Source of the DNA: the human T2T-CHM13v2.0 reference genome, Homo sapiens
Length of the DNA: 64,000 nucleotides
Assembly (NCBI RefSeq): GCF_009914755.1
Contig: NC_060926.1
Strand: one strand, 5' to 3'
The position numbers and the translations under genes were made by a program. The notes beneath the pieces are model-generated. The model was not told where the DNA came from. It ran no database searches and was given only the letters and a program-made list of their open reading frames with translations. Shown one piece after another: positions 25,037 to 40,094 of this stretch (position 1 is the first letter of the stretch; every line of letters begins with the position of its first letter).

Positions 25037-28012
25037 TCATAGCATTTAGTGCCTACATCAGAAAGTTTGAAAGAGCACAAATAGACACTCTAAGGTCACA
25101 CCTGAAGGAACTAGAGAAACAAGAACAAACCAAACCTAAACCCAGCAGAAGAAAAGAAATAACAAAGATCAGAGCAGAATTAAATGAAAATGAGACAAAA
25201 AAAATTACAAAAGATAAATCAAACAAAAAGCTGGTTCTTTGAAAAGATAAACAAAATTGATAGACCACTAGCGAGATTAACCAAGAAAAGAAGAGAGAAG
25301 ATCCAAATTAGCTCAATGAGAAATGAAACAGGAGATATTACAACCAATACCACAGAAATACAAAAGATCATTCGAGGCTACTATGAACACCTTTACACAT
25401 ACAAACTAGAAAATCTAGAGGAGATGGATAAATTCCTGGAGATATACAACTCTCCCAGATTAAATCAGGAAGACATAGAAACTCTGAACAGACCAGTAAG
25501 AAGTAGAGAGATTAAAACAGTAATAAAAAAATTGCCAATAAAAAAAGTCCAGGACCAGATGGATTCACAGCTGAATTCCATCAGACAGTCAAAGAAGAAT
25601 TGGAACCAATCCTATAGAACACTACTGCACAAGATAGAGAAAGACGGAATCCTCCCTAAATCATCCTATGAAGCCAGTATCACCCTAATTCCAAAGCTAG
25701 GAAAGGACATAACAAAAAGTGAAAACTATAGACCAATATCCCTGATGAACATAGATGCAGAAGTCCTAAACATCAAATTTGCTAACTGAATCCAACAGCA
25801 TATCAAAAAGATAATACACCATGACGAAGTGAGTTGCATACCAGGTATGCAGCAATGGTTTAACATATGCAAGTCAAAAAATGTGACAGATCACATAAAC
25901 AAACTTAAAAACAAAAATCATGTGATCATCTTAATAGATGCAGAAAAAGCATTTGACAAAATCCAGCATCCCTTTATGGTTAAAACCCTCAGCAAAATTG
26001 GTATAGGAGGGACACACACTTCACATAGATAGGTAATAAAAGCTATCTATGACACACCCACAGCCAACATTATACTGAATGGGGACAGTTGAAAGCATTC
26101 CCCCTGAGAACTGGAACAAGACAAGGATGCCCACTTTCATCGCTTCTATTCAACATAGTATCTGAAGTCCTAGACAGAGCGATCACACAAGAGAAACAAA
26201 TAAAGGGCACCTAAATCAGTAGAGTCAAACTATCACTGTTCACTGACGATATGATCATATGCCTAGAAAACCCTACAGACTCATCCAAAAAGCTCCCAGA
26301 TCTGATAAATGAATTCAGTAAAGTTTCAGGATACAAAATTAATGTGCACAAATCAGTAGCACTGCTATACACCAACAGCAATCAAGCTGAGAAACAAATC
26401 AATAACTCAACTCCTTTTACAATGGCAGCAAAAAACAAACAAACAAACAAAAACACCAACTTAGGAATATACCTAATCAAGGTGGTGAAAGAATTCTACA
26501 AGGAAAACTACAAAACACTGCTGAAAGAAGTCACTGATGACACAAACAAATGGAAACACATCCCATGCTCATGGAGAATCAATATTGTAAAAATGACCAT
26601 ACTGCCAAAAGCAATATGCAAATTCAGTGCAGTTCCAATCAAAGTACCATAATCATTCTTCACAGAACTAGGAAAACAATCCTAAAATTCATATGGAACC
26701 TCAAAAGACCCCACATAGCAAGACTAAGCAAAAAGAACAAATCTGGAGGCATCACATTACCTGACTTCAAACTATACTACAAGACTATAGTTATCAAAAC
26801 AGCATGGTACTGATATAAAAATAGGCACATAGACCAATGAAACAGAATAGAGAACCCAGAAATGAAGCCAAATACTTACAGCCAACTGATTTTTGACAAA
26901 GCAAACAAAAACATAAAGTGGGGAAAGGACATCTTATTCAACAAATGGTGCTGGGATAATTGGGAAGCCACATGCAGAGGAATGAAACTGGATCCTCATC
27001 TCTCACCTTATAAAAAATCAACTCAAGATGATCAAAGACCTAAATCTAACATCTGAAACCATAAAAATTCTAGAAGATAACATTGGTAAAAGTCTTCTGA
27101 ACTTTGGCTTAGGCAAAGATTTCATGACCAAGAACCCAAAAGCAAATGAAACAAAAACAAATATAAATAGATGGGACTTAATTAAACTAAAAAGCTTCTG
27201 CACAGCAAAAGAAATAATCAGCAGAGTAAACAGACAACCCACAGAGTGGGAGAAAATCTTCCCAAACGTGCATCCAGCAAAGGACTAATATCTGGAATCT
27301 ACAAGGAAGTCAAACAATCAGCAAGAAAAAACAAAACAAAACATAATCCCATCAAAAAGTGGGCTAAGGACATGAATAAACAATTCTCAAAAGAATATAT
27401 ACAAATGCCCAACAAACATATGAAAAGATGCTCATCATCACTAATTATCAGGGAAATGCAAATTAATACCACAATGAGATACCTACCTTACTCCTGCAAG
27501 AATGGCCATAATTAAAAAATCAAAAAGCATAGATGTTGGCATAGATGTGGTGAAAAGGGAATGTTTTCATTTACACTGCTGGTGGAAATGGAAACTAGTA
27601 CAACCACTAAGGAAAACAGTACAGAGATTCCATTTAGAACTAAAAGTATAACTACCATTTGATCCATCTATCCAACTACTGGGTATCTATTCAGAGGAAA
27701 AAAAGTCATTATATGAAAAAGATACTTGCACACGCATGTTTGTAGCAGCATAATTTGCAATTGCAAAAATATGGAACCAGCCTAAATGCCCATTGACCAA
27801 CAAGTGGATAAAGAAAATGTGGTATAAATACACCAGGGAATACTACTCAGCCATAAAAAGGAACGAAATAATGGCATTCATAGCAACCTGGATGGAGTTG
27901 GAGACCATTATTCTAAGGGAAGTAACTCAGGAATGGAAAACCAAATATCATATGTTCTCACTTTAAGTGAGAGTTAAGCTATGAGGATGAAAGTTATAAG
28001 AATGATACATTG

Positions 28013-28424
<412 letters not shown>

Positions 28425-28728
28425 TCAAAAATTACTGCTAAGGAACTTATCGGTGTAACAAAAAACCACCTGTTCCCCCAAAACCATGGAAATAAAAAAA
28501 TATATAATTTATGCAAACAGATAAAATATTAGACCTTTCACTTTAGTATAATATATATAATTCTAATTTAATTATCAAAATCCTGTATTTTATATCAATA
28601 TATCTTGGTAATCATGTTTAAATATCACTATTAAAGATAGACTATTGAGTTTCCTTATTACCCCAAATGTTCACTATACTAGATACTGCTATTTGATCTC
28701 AAGAGAATGGATCCTTAAATAGACTCAC

Positions 28729-28878
28729 TCTTCTAATGATCGATCTAGGCCTCGGTCAGGAGATCGATGGTGAGCACGTTCTGGTGAATGACATTTTGTA
28801 TTTGGCTTCATTGTAGAACTCATATGATAAGCATTACTTGAATAATTTTGGCGGCGAAGTTCTTGTACGGCCCTCTCC
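28729..28878 (-). CDS. TSGA10: TSGA10 penultimate coding exon (150 bp, phase 2-2), [12 protein letters not shown]...DRGLDRSLE(E)
   Basis: Acceptor ttttgctttag, donor GA/gtgagt, in frame with both neighbours. Confidence 0.95.
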
Positions 28879-29064
28879 CTAAAGCAAAATAGTGATGCTT
28901 TAAATTTTATATCCAGCAAAATTATTAAAACTATCATAAAACTAGCTCAATTCATACTTGAAAATCTAACCATCATGAAAGAACTAAAACCTCTTGTTAC
29001 CTAAGAAACAATGCTTTCCATGCTGAAAAGCATTGTTTTTGAGCTTGCATAGAGATAAACTTAC

Positions 29065-29169
29065 CTTTCAAAGCGCTCTGTTCCTAGTTGTCTTTTGGTA
29101 ATGTCTAAATCAGCTTCCAATTGTGTGACAACATTTCTGAACTGGGCCACATCTCTACTCTGGATGGCC
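29065..29169 (-). CDS. TSGA10: TSGA10 coding exon (105 bp, phase 2-2), [34 protein letters not shown](R)
   Basis: Acceptor ttttaaacag, donor AG/gtaagt. The split codon AT|G completes Met from the previous exon. Confidence 0.95.
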
Positions 29170-30808
29170 CTGTTTAAAAGAAGATAAGAGTTATAGTTGA
29201 CTAAACTTAAAATATGGCTATGATTCTGGGGTACATGAAACCATATTGATAGTGGTTTCTCAGCTGGATCCAAATCACATTGTGATTTTTATGGCCAGAT
29301 TTATTAGTACATCTAAAATATGCCCATGTTAGACATAGTAAGTATGCAGAGTAGCCTACTTGAAAAGCCTAAGCAATCCCAGTCCCATTTAATTAGTTAA
29401 TCCTTCTCTGTTTCAGCTTCCCTGTGGGAACATATTATACATCATCTGTCTATACTACTTACTATAAATTGTTTTTTATGTAAGTACTTAGAGGTATTCT
29501 ATAAAGTAGTGGTATGATCAAATAATTAACACCGGAATTCACTAGCTCCATGATTAATATGGTCTGTTTTATATATATCTATTCAACCAAGTGCCTTATA
29601 ATGAAATTTGACATACACAATCTTCAATTTAATAGAATCTTCCTTAAGGCTAAAAAATGCCTCAAAAAACCTGTAATAAGGCACAATATCATAGGGAAGA
29701 TAAACATTGATGAATGCCACTCACACAGAACATTCTATCCTCTTCACTTGCTTTCAGGATAGTATCATAGACTGCTGAAATCTAAACTTTAGAGACTAAT
29801 AACAAACACTTCTCATGCTAATTCTAAGTGTTAGTATTTACCAGCCAGTCTAAAACAGAGTATAGCCCTTAGGGTGGAAGTTTTGGCGTATTTCACAAAA
29901 GGTAGATTTCCACCTACCATCCTGAGAAAGTGATCCTGCAAAACCTGTTGAAGGAATCATAATAGGCTAGCTACAGTAATGGAAAAGAAGGACTCAGTCA
30001 CCGCCACTATAACCTGAAAACAGTTTCTGAAGGAAACTGGCCCTGGCTCTGAAGCCCTTGCCTAGTCAGGGGCTCCTAGGAGTGGCTGATTGCTGAGACC
30101 ATGCTTCTTATCCTTCCCCATGTCCTGACCTCAGATGTGAGGACAGAGTGGAGGCTGGATGAAAAGTGTTACAGATGGGACAGGTAAGAACAGGGGTTAA
30201 GGGTCCCCCATCAGTTTTTATGAGAGATGATCAAGTTTAATAGAAAAAAAATTCACTATACAGGGAGGCAATTCCACCCAATTCTCCAGCCAAATGTCTT
30301 TTAATAAGGTGCTAGGAGTGCTAGAGATCCTAAAGAAAAGAAAAAGAAAGAAAAGAAGCCAAAATCAATGTCCTGGGAAGTCTTCTGTATTTTGTGAATG
30401 CAGGTGTTCTTCTAGGTATCCAGTACATGCAATAGGTACAAAAGAAAATATGATGTGGCAAATGCAAACACTAGGTTGCAATATATTGGTCTAAATATGA
30501 AAATTCTTCTGGTTTCAAACTGGTTAATTTTTTTTCTCATTTTGTTATATTTCCTAAAGGCAGTATTTTAGATCAGACATTCTATCATACTCAAAACTCT
30601 GTTGGAAAGAATCAGTAGAGATCATTAAACTTAAATTTAGATAAGAAAAACATAATAGAAAAAGTACCACCTCTTAGGCAAATCACAGTATTTCTGATCC
30701 TTAGGCAAAGTATAGAAGGCAAATTCTCTAAATTCTAGCTTAAAATTTCTACTAAAGTACCAAAAAATTAAGATGTATGACTTTACTTTATATTGCTAAA
30801 CAACTCAC

Positions 30809-31011
30809 ATTTTATTTTCTGCCAAACAAAGGTGTTCTTTAAGAAGCTGAATTTCAGATTCTTTTTCTTGAAGTGCTATCTGAGACTGATATTCTTTGTC
30901 TCGATTGGCCACCAGCAAAGCTTCTAGATTCTGCATGGAGATTCTCTCATTTGCCATCTGACTCCTCAGGAGTTCAATTTCAGAATGAGCAGAATCTAAC
31001 TCATTCTCCCT
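30809..31011 (-). CDS. TSGA10: TSGA10 coding exon (203 bp, phase 0-2), [23 protein letters not shown]...LCLAENK(M)
   Basis: Acceptor ttgaacag, donor AT/gtgagt, open frame. Read manually because it is absent from the ORF track. Confidence 0.95.
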
Positions 31012-32095
31012 CTGTTCAATAACAAGAAGATATCTACACTTATTCCCATTAATTCACTTAACTATTATATTATCAGGGACTCACAAAATTTTCATAATCT
31101 GTTATAAACTGGCAACTACTTTTAATGTGATTTGAAATTGTGTCCCTCCTTCTTACCAAATAAACACACCACACATGTATGTATAGTATCACTTTCTCCA
31201 TCTCTCTGATCATATCAGAAAATTCATTAATTTAAGAAAAGGCTTATTAATTTCAAACTGCAACCAGTTTCTACTACCAGCTTTGATATTTCTTTGTATA
31301 CTCCTGCAAGACTGACAGGATGATATCTGTGAGCACTGCTTTGTCCTGAGTTAGGTGAGCTACATGCTTATAGAATGTCATTGGACTCCATAATTAAGGA
31401 ATATAAGGAGTAATCTCTTATATTCTTATATAAAGAGTAATCTCTTATAGTCTCTTAATATAATTAATAATTATATTTAATAATGTAATTAAATATAATT
31501 ATAATTAATATAAGGAGTAATCTCTTATATTCTCTTGCATAAACTTGTGGAAAGCTTCCTTTAGAAAATTATCTTGAGCCTTAAAATATGCTCAGTGAGA
31601 CAAATGTTTTTTAAAAAGGAGGAAGAACAGTCACTAGTATTTAGAAAACAATTATTCCTTATCTTGTAATATACATAACAAATTCTATATGCATTTAAAA
31701 GTTAAATTTGAAAAGGTAAGCTTTAAATTCCAGTGAAAAGAAATAAAAATGAAATTACATGGAAGGGAGATAGGTAGGTAGGGAAATTTTCTAAGCTAGA
31801 TACAATGCAAAAAAAAGTTTCATCACATTAAAAAAATAAACATTTTGATAGTCAATATAAACTTAACCAAAATTTGAAAGGAAACAACTGGAAGACAAAT
31901 AAACTTAGTAAATCAAATTAATAGCTTATATCTCTACTAACATAAAGAACGCATATAAACTGATGAGAAATATGAGCTAAATGATAATGATCAGAAAATT
32001 TACAAAAGGAGAAATACAAGTAAATTGTAAACGTATGGGGAAAATTTACCCTTACTAGTAATCAAATAAACTAAAACAAGATGCTATTACTAGTT

Positions 32096-32300
32096 CAGGG
32101 CTTCTTACCTCAACATTACTGATGTTTTGGGTTGGATAATTATTTGGAGTGGGGGCAGCACTATGCATTACAGGATGCTTAGCAGTATCCCTGGCCTCTG
32201 CCCAATCAACGCCACCAGCATTCCCCACTCTAGTCATGACCACCAAAAATGTCATTACTAAATGCACACTGGGAGCAAACTCTCTTTCAGCTGAACTGGA
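32096..32300 (-). mobile_element. MER20 (hAT-Charlie MITE)
   Basis: aggatgcttagcagtatccctggcctctgccca...gaccaccaaaaatgtc is the reverse complement of the MER20 core. Confidence 0.8.
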
Positions 32301-32571
32301 AAAACTCTACCAAAGACACTGTTCTAGTCTATCTAGTCTATTCTAGTCTATCGCAAATTTGTTAGTTTGTGTTAATGAACATTACATTGGGCAATGGCAA
32401 TCTCATATACTTTGCTGGCAGGAGTAGAAAATGGACCGTGATTTTTTTGACAATAGCTTTTTTGAAATATAATTCACATGCCATCAATGATTTTTAGCAT
32501 ATTAACACAGTTGTACAATCGTTACCACAATCTAATGTGAGAACTTTTTCATCATCCCAAAAAGAAACTCA

Positions 32572-32879
<308 letters not shown>

Positions 32880-33552
32880 CACCCAACACAGAACGTTCTC
32901 TGGCCCTAGGCAACCCCTAAACTATTTTCTACTATTTGCCTTATTCTGGGTATTCCATATAAACGGAAACAAACAATGTGTATGCGGTCTTTTGTGACTG
33001 GCTTCCTTTATTAGCACAATGTTTTTAAGAGTTATCGATGTTTTAGCAGGATCAAAACTTCATCACTTTTATTGCCTAATAATATTCCATTGCATAGATA
33101 AACCACAGCTCTATTCATGAGTTAAAAATATTTGACTTATTATACTTTGGGACTATTATAAATAATATTGCCATAAAAATTTGTATACAAGTTTTTGTAT
33201 GGACATGTTTTCATTCCTCTTGAATAGATAGAAGTGACATTTATGAGCTGTAAGGCAATCTAATTTTTAACATTTTGAGGAACTGACAAAATGTTTTACA
33301 AAGTTGCCTTACTATTTTACATTTCCACCAGCAATGTATGAGGGTTTCACTTTTTCCACATTTTTGTCAACATTTTTTATCTTCTCTCTGATTACAGCCA
33401 TCCTAGTGGTTGTGAAATAGTATGGTTTTGATTTGCATTTTTCTATTAATGATGTTCAGCATCTTTTCATGTGTTTATTGGCCATTTATGTATCTTATGT
33501 AGAGAAATGTCTATTAATATCCTTTGCCTAATTTTTTAGTTGGGTTATTAAG

Positions 33553-33818
33553 TTTTTTGTTTTTTGAGACAAGGTCTCATTCTGTCACCCAGGCTGGAGT
33601 GCAGTGGCATGAAGATGGCTCACTGAAGTAAACCTCCCACCTCAGCCTCTCAAGTCTCTGGGAATACAACTGTGCACCACCACACCTGGTTAATTTTTGT
33701 ATTTTTTGTAGAGATGGGTTTTTGCCATGTTGCCCAGGCTGGTCTTAAACTCCTGGGCTCAAACGATCCTCCTGTCTAGGCCTCCCAAAGTGCTAGGATT
33801 AGAGGCATGAACCACCAC
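33553..33818 (-). mobile_element. AluJ with internal deletion
   Basis: Antisense Alu missing ~20 bp after cactgaag. Confidence 0.85.
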
Positions 33819-34626
33819 TACATATTTTGAATATGAATCTCTTATCAGATATATGGTTTGCAAATGTTTTCTCACATCTTGTGCATCGTCTTGCCACTTT
33901 CTTGATGATATCATTTGCAGCACAGAAGGTTTTTTTTTTTATTTTGATCAAGTCTACTTAATCTATTTTTTTTGTTTGTGTTTTTGATGTGTATTTAAGA
34001 AAGTGCTGCCTAACCCAAGGTCACAAAGATTTACTTCTGTGTTTTCTTCTTAATACAGTTTTGGCTGTTACATATAGCCCTATGATTCATTTTCAGTTAA
34101 TCTTTGCATGTGATCCAACTTCATTCTTTTCCACATAGATATTAGGTTGTCCCAACGCCATTTGCTAAAAATACTATTCTTTCCTCATTGAATTGTCCTA
34201 GCACCTGTATTTTGAAAAATCATTTGGGCACAAATGTATAAACCATTTCTGGACTCTGAATTCTGTTCCATCAACCTCTATGTCTTTCCTTATGCTAGTA
34301 CCACATTGTCTTGATTACTTCAGTTTTGCAGCCAGTTTTGAAATCAGGGAAGTGTGATTCTCCAACTTTCTTTTTCTTTTTCAAGATTGTTTTGGCTATT
34401 CACTTGCACTTCCATATGAATTTTAGATCAGTTTGACAATTTCTACAAGACACCTGGGATTCTGATAAGCATTGCATTAAATTTGTGGATCAGTTTTGGG
34501 AGTAATGCCATCTTAACAATGATAAGTGTTCTGGCCCATGAACATGGGATGTGTTTCCATTTATTTAGGTCTCCTTTAATTTCTGTTGACAATGTTCTGT
34601 AGTTTTGTAAAGTACAAGTATTTGTC

Positions 34627-34915
34627 TTTTTTTTTTTTAGACAGACTCTTGCTCTGTCACCAGGCAGAGTGCAGTGGCATAATCTTGGCTCACTGCAACC
34701 TCTGACTCCCTGGTTCAAGCGATTCTCCTGCCTCGGCCTCCCAAGTAGCTGGGATTACAGGCACGTGCCATCACACCCAGCTAATTTTTGTATTTTTAGT
34801 AGAGATGGGGTTTCACCATGTTAGCCAGGATGGTCTTGATCTCCTGACCTCATGATCTGCCCACCTCGGCCTCCCAAAGTGCTGGGATTACAGGCATAAG
34901 CCACCGCGTCTGGCC
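34627..34915 (-). mobile_element. AluS (Sc-like)
   Basis: Antisense dimer with TSD gtatttgtc(t/c)tttt. Confidence 0.9.
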
Positions 34916-36906
34916 GTATTTGTCCTTTTTTAATGCTACCCTTTTTGATGCAATTCCGTTTGATATAATTTTTTTTTCAGATTGTTCATTGTTAATGTAT
35001 AGAAATAAGAAATATGATAACTGGATATTGATCTTGTGTCCTACAACCCTGATGCTCATTAATTCTAATACGTTTTTAGTGGATTCTTAGGATTTTCTAT
35101 ATTTCAGATCATGTCACCTGCGAACAGAGATAGTTTTACTTCTTTTCCAATCTGGATGCCTTTTATTTCTTTTTCTTGCCTAACTGCCCTGCCTAGAACC
35201 TCTGCTACAGTGTTGAATAGAAAAGGCAAGGTGGGCATTCTTGTCTTGATACTGATCTTAGGGCAAAATCATTCAATCACCACTAAGTACAGTGTTTGCT
35301 GTGGGTTTTTCACAGGTGCCCTTTATGAGGTCAAGAAAGTTTCTATTTCTAGTTTATAGAGTGTTTTTATCAGGCAAGAATGTTGGATTTTGCCAAATGC
35401 TTTTTCTGCATCCATTGAGAAGGCTGTGTGGTTTTCGTTCTTGATTCTGTTGATATGATGATGTATTAATTGATTTTTCAGTTGTTAAACCAACCCAGCA
35501 TTCATGGAATAAACCTTACTAGATGGTGTAAATTTCGTTTTATGTGTTGTTGGATTCAGTGTTATAGTATTTTCTCGAGAATTTTTCATCTGTATTCATA
35601 AGAGATAATGGTCTGCAGTTTTATTTTCCTGTGAGGTGTTTGTCTGGCTTTGGCCTCAGGGCAATAATGGCTTCATAGAATGCATTAAGAAGTGTTGTCT
35701 TCTACTTTTGGAAGAGTTTGCAAAAATGCTGGATCAATGCATCTTGAATCATTTGGAAGAATTCACAACTGAAGCCATCTGGGCCTCAGTATTACTTTAT
35801 GGAAGTTTAAAAATTTCTATTTTCACCTCTTTAGGTTACAGGTTTATTCAGATTTTCTACTTTTCCTTAAGTCAGTTTTAATAGTTTGTGTTTTTCTGGA
35901 AATTTGTTGATTTCATCTAAGCATTTAATTTTTGGCATTCAGTTGTTCATGATATTCCCCTATGATACTTTTTTTATAAGGTTAGTAGTGATGTCCCTTC
36001 TCTTATTCCCGATTTTAGTAATTTGGCTCTGTCACTTTGCTAAAGATTTGTCAATTTTGTTGGTATTCTGAAAGAACAAGCTTGTGGCTTCTTTGATTCT
36101 TGATTGTTTTCACTTAGTTTCTGTTCTAATCTTGATTATTATTTTCATTCTTCTTGCTGTGGGTTTAGTTTGTTCCCTTTTTCCAGTGTTCTAAGTGGAA
36201 GGCTAGGTTAGTGACTTAAGAGTTTTCTTCTTTTTTAATATAGTTAGGCATTTATAGCTATAAATTTCCCTCTAAGTACTGCTTTAGCTGCATCCTATAT
36301 GTTTTGACACAGTACATATTCATTTTCACTAATCTCAGAGTATTTTCTTTTTTTCCTTTGTGATTTCTTCTTTGACTCACCACTATTTGGGAATGTGCTG
36401 CTCAATTTTCATATACTTGTGAATTTACAAAATATTCTTCTTTTATCAATCCCTAACAATTCCATTGTGATGGGAAAACATATTTTGCATAAGTTCAATC
36501 CTTTTAAATCTATTGAGGCTTATATTATGGCCTAATGTATGATCTATTCTGGAGGATCTTCCATGTTGAGAAGACTATGTATTCTACTGTTTTTGGAAGA
36601 GTGTTTTATAAATTTATGTTAATGCCAATTTGGTTTTTGTGTTGTTGAAATCTTATATTTCCTTGTTGATGTTCTGCCTAGCTGCTCTCTTCATTATTGA
36701 AAGTGGGGTATTGACATCTGCAACTATTACTGTTGAACTGTTTATTTACAGCTCAATACAGAAATGTTATTCCTACATAGCTGTTTTTCTTCCTTTTCTC
36801 ACTAGTGATATTAGTCTTACACTTACATCTATATATGTCACAAGCCCAATGATATATTGTTACAATTATTACTTTTAAATGTCATAGCTTTTAAAGAAGT
36901 TGATAG

Positions 36907-37250
<344 letters not shown>

Positions 37251-37317
37251 CAAAGCAGCTCTTTTAAATATGTTCAAAGAAATAAAGGAAGTCATACTTA
37301 AGGAGGTAAAGTAAGGC

Positions 37318-38240
37318 CATAAATGGATGAATTGATAAAGAAAACGTGGTATATATACAAAATGGAATACTATACAGCAGCGGTCCCCAACCTTTTTGTC
37401 ACCAGGAACTGGTTTCATGGAAGACAATTTTTCCATGGACAGCAGTCGGGGTGGGGATGGTTTTGGGATGAAACTGTTCCACCTCAGATCATCAGGCATT
37501 AGTTAGATTCTCACAAGGAGTGTGCAACCTAGATCCCTTGCATGCGCAGTTCACAATAGGGTGCACGCTTTTATGAGAATCTAATGCCACTGCTGATCTG
37601 ACAAGAGGTGGAGCTCAGGCAGTAATGCTCACTCACCCACCGCTCACCTCCTGCTGTGCGGCTAGGACTGGTACCAGTCTGTGGTAACAGGCTATGGGCC
37701 CGTACAGGTCTGCGGCCCAAGGGTTGGGAACTCCTACTATACGGCCTTTAAAAAGAAAAAAATTCTGTCATTCATGGCAACCTGGGTGGAATTGGAGGAC
37801 ATCATGCTAAATGAAATAAGCCAGGCAAAGAAAGACAAATACTGTATGATCTTACTTATAAGTGGAATCTAAACAAGCTGACTTTATAGAAACAGAGAGT
37901 AGAATGGTGGGAGGAGGAAGGATGGAGAAAGGGGAGATGTTGATCAGAGTCCAAAGTTTTAGTTAGACTGGAGAAATAAGTTTTGGTGATTTATTACATT
38001 GCATGGTGACCACAGTTAATAATAATCTACTGTATAATTCAAAATTGCTAAAAGAATAAAATTTTAATGATATCATGCAAAAAATAAGTTGATAAGTTGA
38101 TTGATATGTTATTAGCTTAATTAAACCTGTCTACCATACATACATCAAATCTGTCTACATACATAGACCAAAACATCACATTATACTCCATAAATATACA
38201 TAATTATTATTTGTCAACTAAAAAAAGAAAGAAAAAAGTA
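37318..38240 (+). mobile_element. L1MA 3' end interrupted by MER1B
   Basis: atgctaaatgaaataagccagg...aagtggaatctaa...caaaacatcacatt L1MA 3' motifs. Confidence 0.8.
37378..37736. mobile_element. MER1B (non-autonomous hAT-Charlie)
   Basis: TIRs cagcggtccccaacc and ggttgggaactccta; 8 bp TSD ctatac(a/g)g. Confidence 0.88.
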
Positions 38241-38844
38241 AAAGAAGGCCTAATAACAATGTCTCATCAAATAGAGACTAATAATAAGGAAATAATAAGC
38301 TGCTCTAAAAGACAGTTTCTTTTGTTTGCTTTATTTTCCTATGGATGGGCTGCATTTTCCTGGCTTTTTGAGGGTTAAATTTTTGTTGTTGAAAACCAGA
38401 AATTTTAAATAATATATTGTAGCATCTCTAAATACTGATCCTCCCCATCTTGGGGCTTGTTATGGTTGGCTTATTTCCTTATTTATTTGTCTGGATTGTT
38501 TCTATGATGTCTGTTTCCCTTGCGGTATATAGCCTCTGATGTTGCTCCTCAGGGTATGCACATAGTTACCCCGATCCCTTCCCATGGGCATTTACACAGT
38601 CATTCTAGCCCCTCCCGCTAGGATGCAATGGATTTAGCCAGGCTCTCTTTGACTGTCTCTCTCTGATCTCCCTGTTAAGTGTCTGGCTGGTCTGTCCCTA
38701 CTGGTATCAAATCCAACTATTAGCCTCTATTAATTGCTAGCTGACTGTTCTATTTATTTTGATAATCAACTGTGGGTTACCTTGCTTCACAGTCTGATCC
38801 AATTACATTTGATCCCTTTGCAGGGGTACTACTTCCCAACCCAA

Positions 38845-39192
38845 GCATTGTTGAGGTACGATTGACAAATAAAAATTATATATACTTAAGGAATATAACA
38901 TGATGTTTTGATACACACATACATTATAGAATGATTGCCACAATTAAGCTAACTAACATATCCATCACCTCTCAACTAGTTACTGTTGTATGTGTGTGTT
39001 AAGAACACATGAGATCTATTCACAGCAAGTTTCAAGTATACAGTATATTAACTGTAGTTACCATGCTGTACATTACATCTCCCAAACTTATTCACCTTGT
39101 AACTGAAAATTTGCACCCCCTGTCCAACGTCTCCCTTCTTCCCCTACTCCCCTCACCCCCAGCCCCTCATCACCACCATTCTACTCTCTGTC
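38845..39192 (-). mobile_element. L1MA 3' fragment
   Basis: aattaagctaactaacatatccatcacctc...accatgctgtacattacatctcc. Confidence 0.75.
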
Positions 39193-40094
39193 AAACTCAC
39201 AGAAGGGGTAGTTTTGAGGCAAGTTTTTGAGGCTTGCTCTGATCCCAGAAGGGCTCTTGTTAGCTGCTGCTGTCCATGGTTCTCTATTCAACTTCTAACT
39301 GGTCTATTGTTTCCATTTTTGTTTTCGTGATGTTTCCTCTTAATTGTGAAGCAGTGGCTTTTTGAAAGCTCGTTGGCTGTATGTGCCAAAATTTCCACTT
39401 GTGGGAATCCATCTTAAGGATATAATGCAAAATGTGATAAAAGTTTTACGTAAAAAAATTTTCCATGTTGTTTTATACAATAAAAATTTTACATTTTTTA
39501 TACAGAAATGGTAAAAAGTAGAATAATCCATTTAATATATTATTTTGCAACTATGCAAAAGAACACAAAAATCTGGCCAGGAAAAGAAAAGGCCAGAAGG
39601 AAATGTGACAAAATGTCTATAGTGGGAGAAAGTACCTTATTCTAGTTTTAGGTTCTGAAATCCATTGTAGCCTAAGGTGATGACTACATTTTTAAAAATC
39701 CTTTGCTTCCTTCAAAAATTATATGAGATTCTCCAAAGCACTTCTCATATTATGCCTAAGGAAATCACCCATAACATAAGCATTCATTAAAAGATGCTAA
39801 AGGAAGAATATTTGGAATTCATGTTCTCAAAATTCCTTGAGAAGAGTTAGTTAATAGATATGGTATTAATTTAGAGATAGAAAATCAAGACCAGGGTATA
39901 TTATATAGTGTGAATTATATATCAACAAATATATCTCAGTAAATGTATTTAAAAAAAAAGAAAAGCAAAGAAAACTAAGACTGAACAAAAGGTCCAGATA
40001 GTGCTTTAAACTATTTTTATAGGAGAATGAAGGTGGCAATATAGATATTTTTGACCCTAACTTCTCTTTTCTTATTTAAAATTACCTGAATGAT

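Noticed and set aside
32325-32352. Short (tctagtcta)x3 and similar micro-duplications (13797, 14147, 38128, 46716, 47546, 55199)
   Set aside because: Ordinary slippage events, expected at this density.
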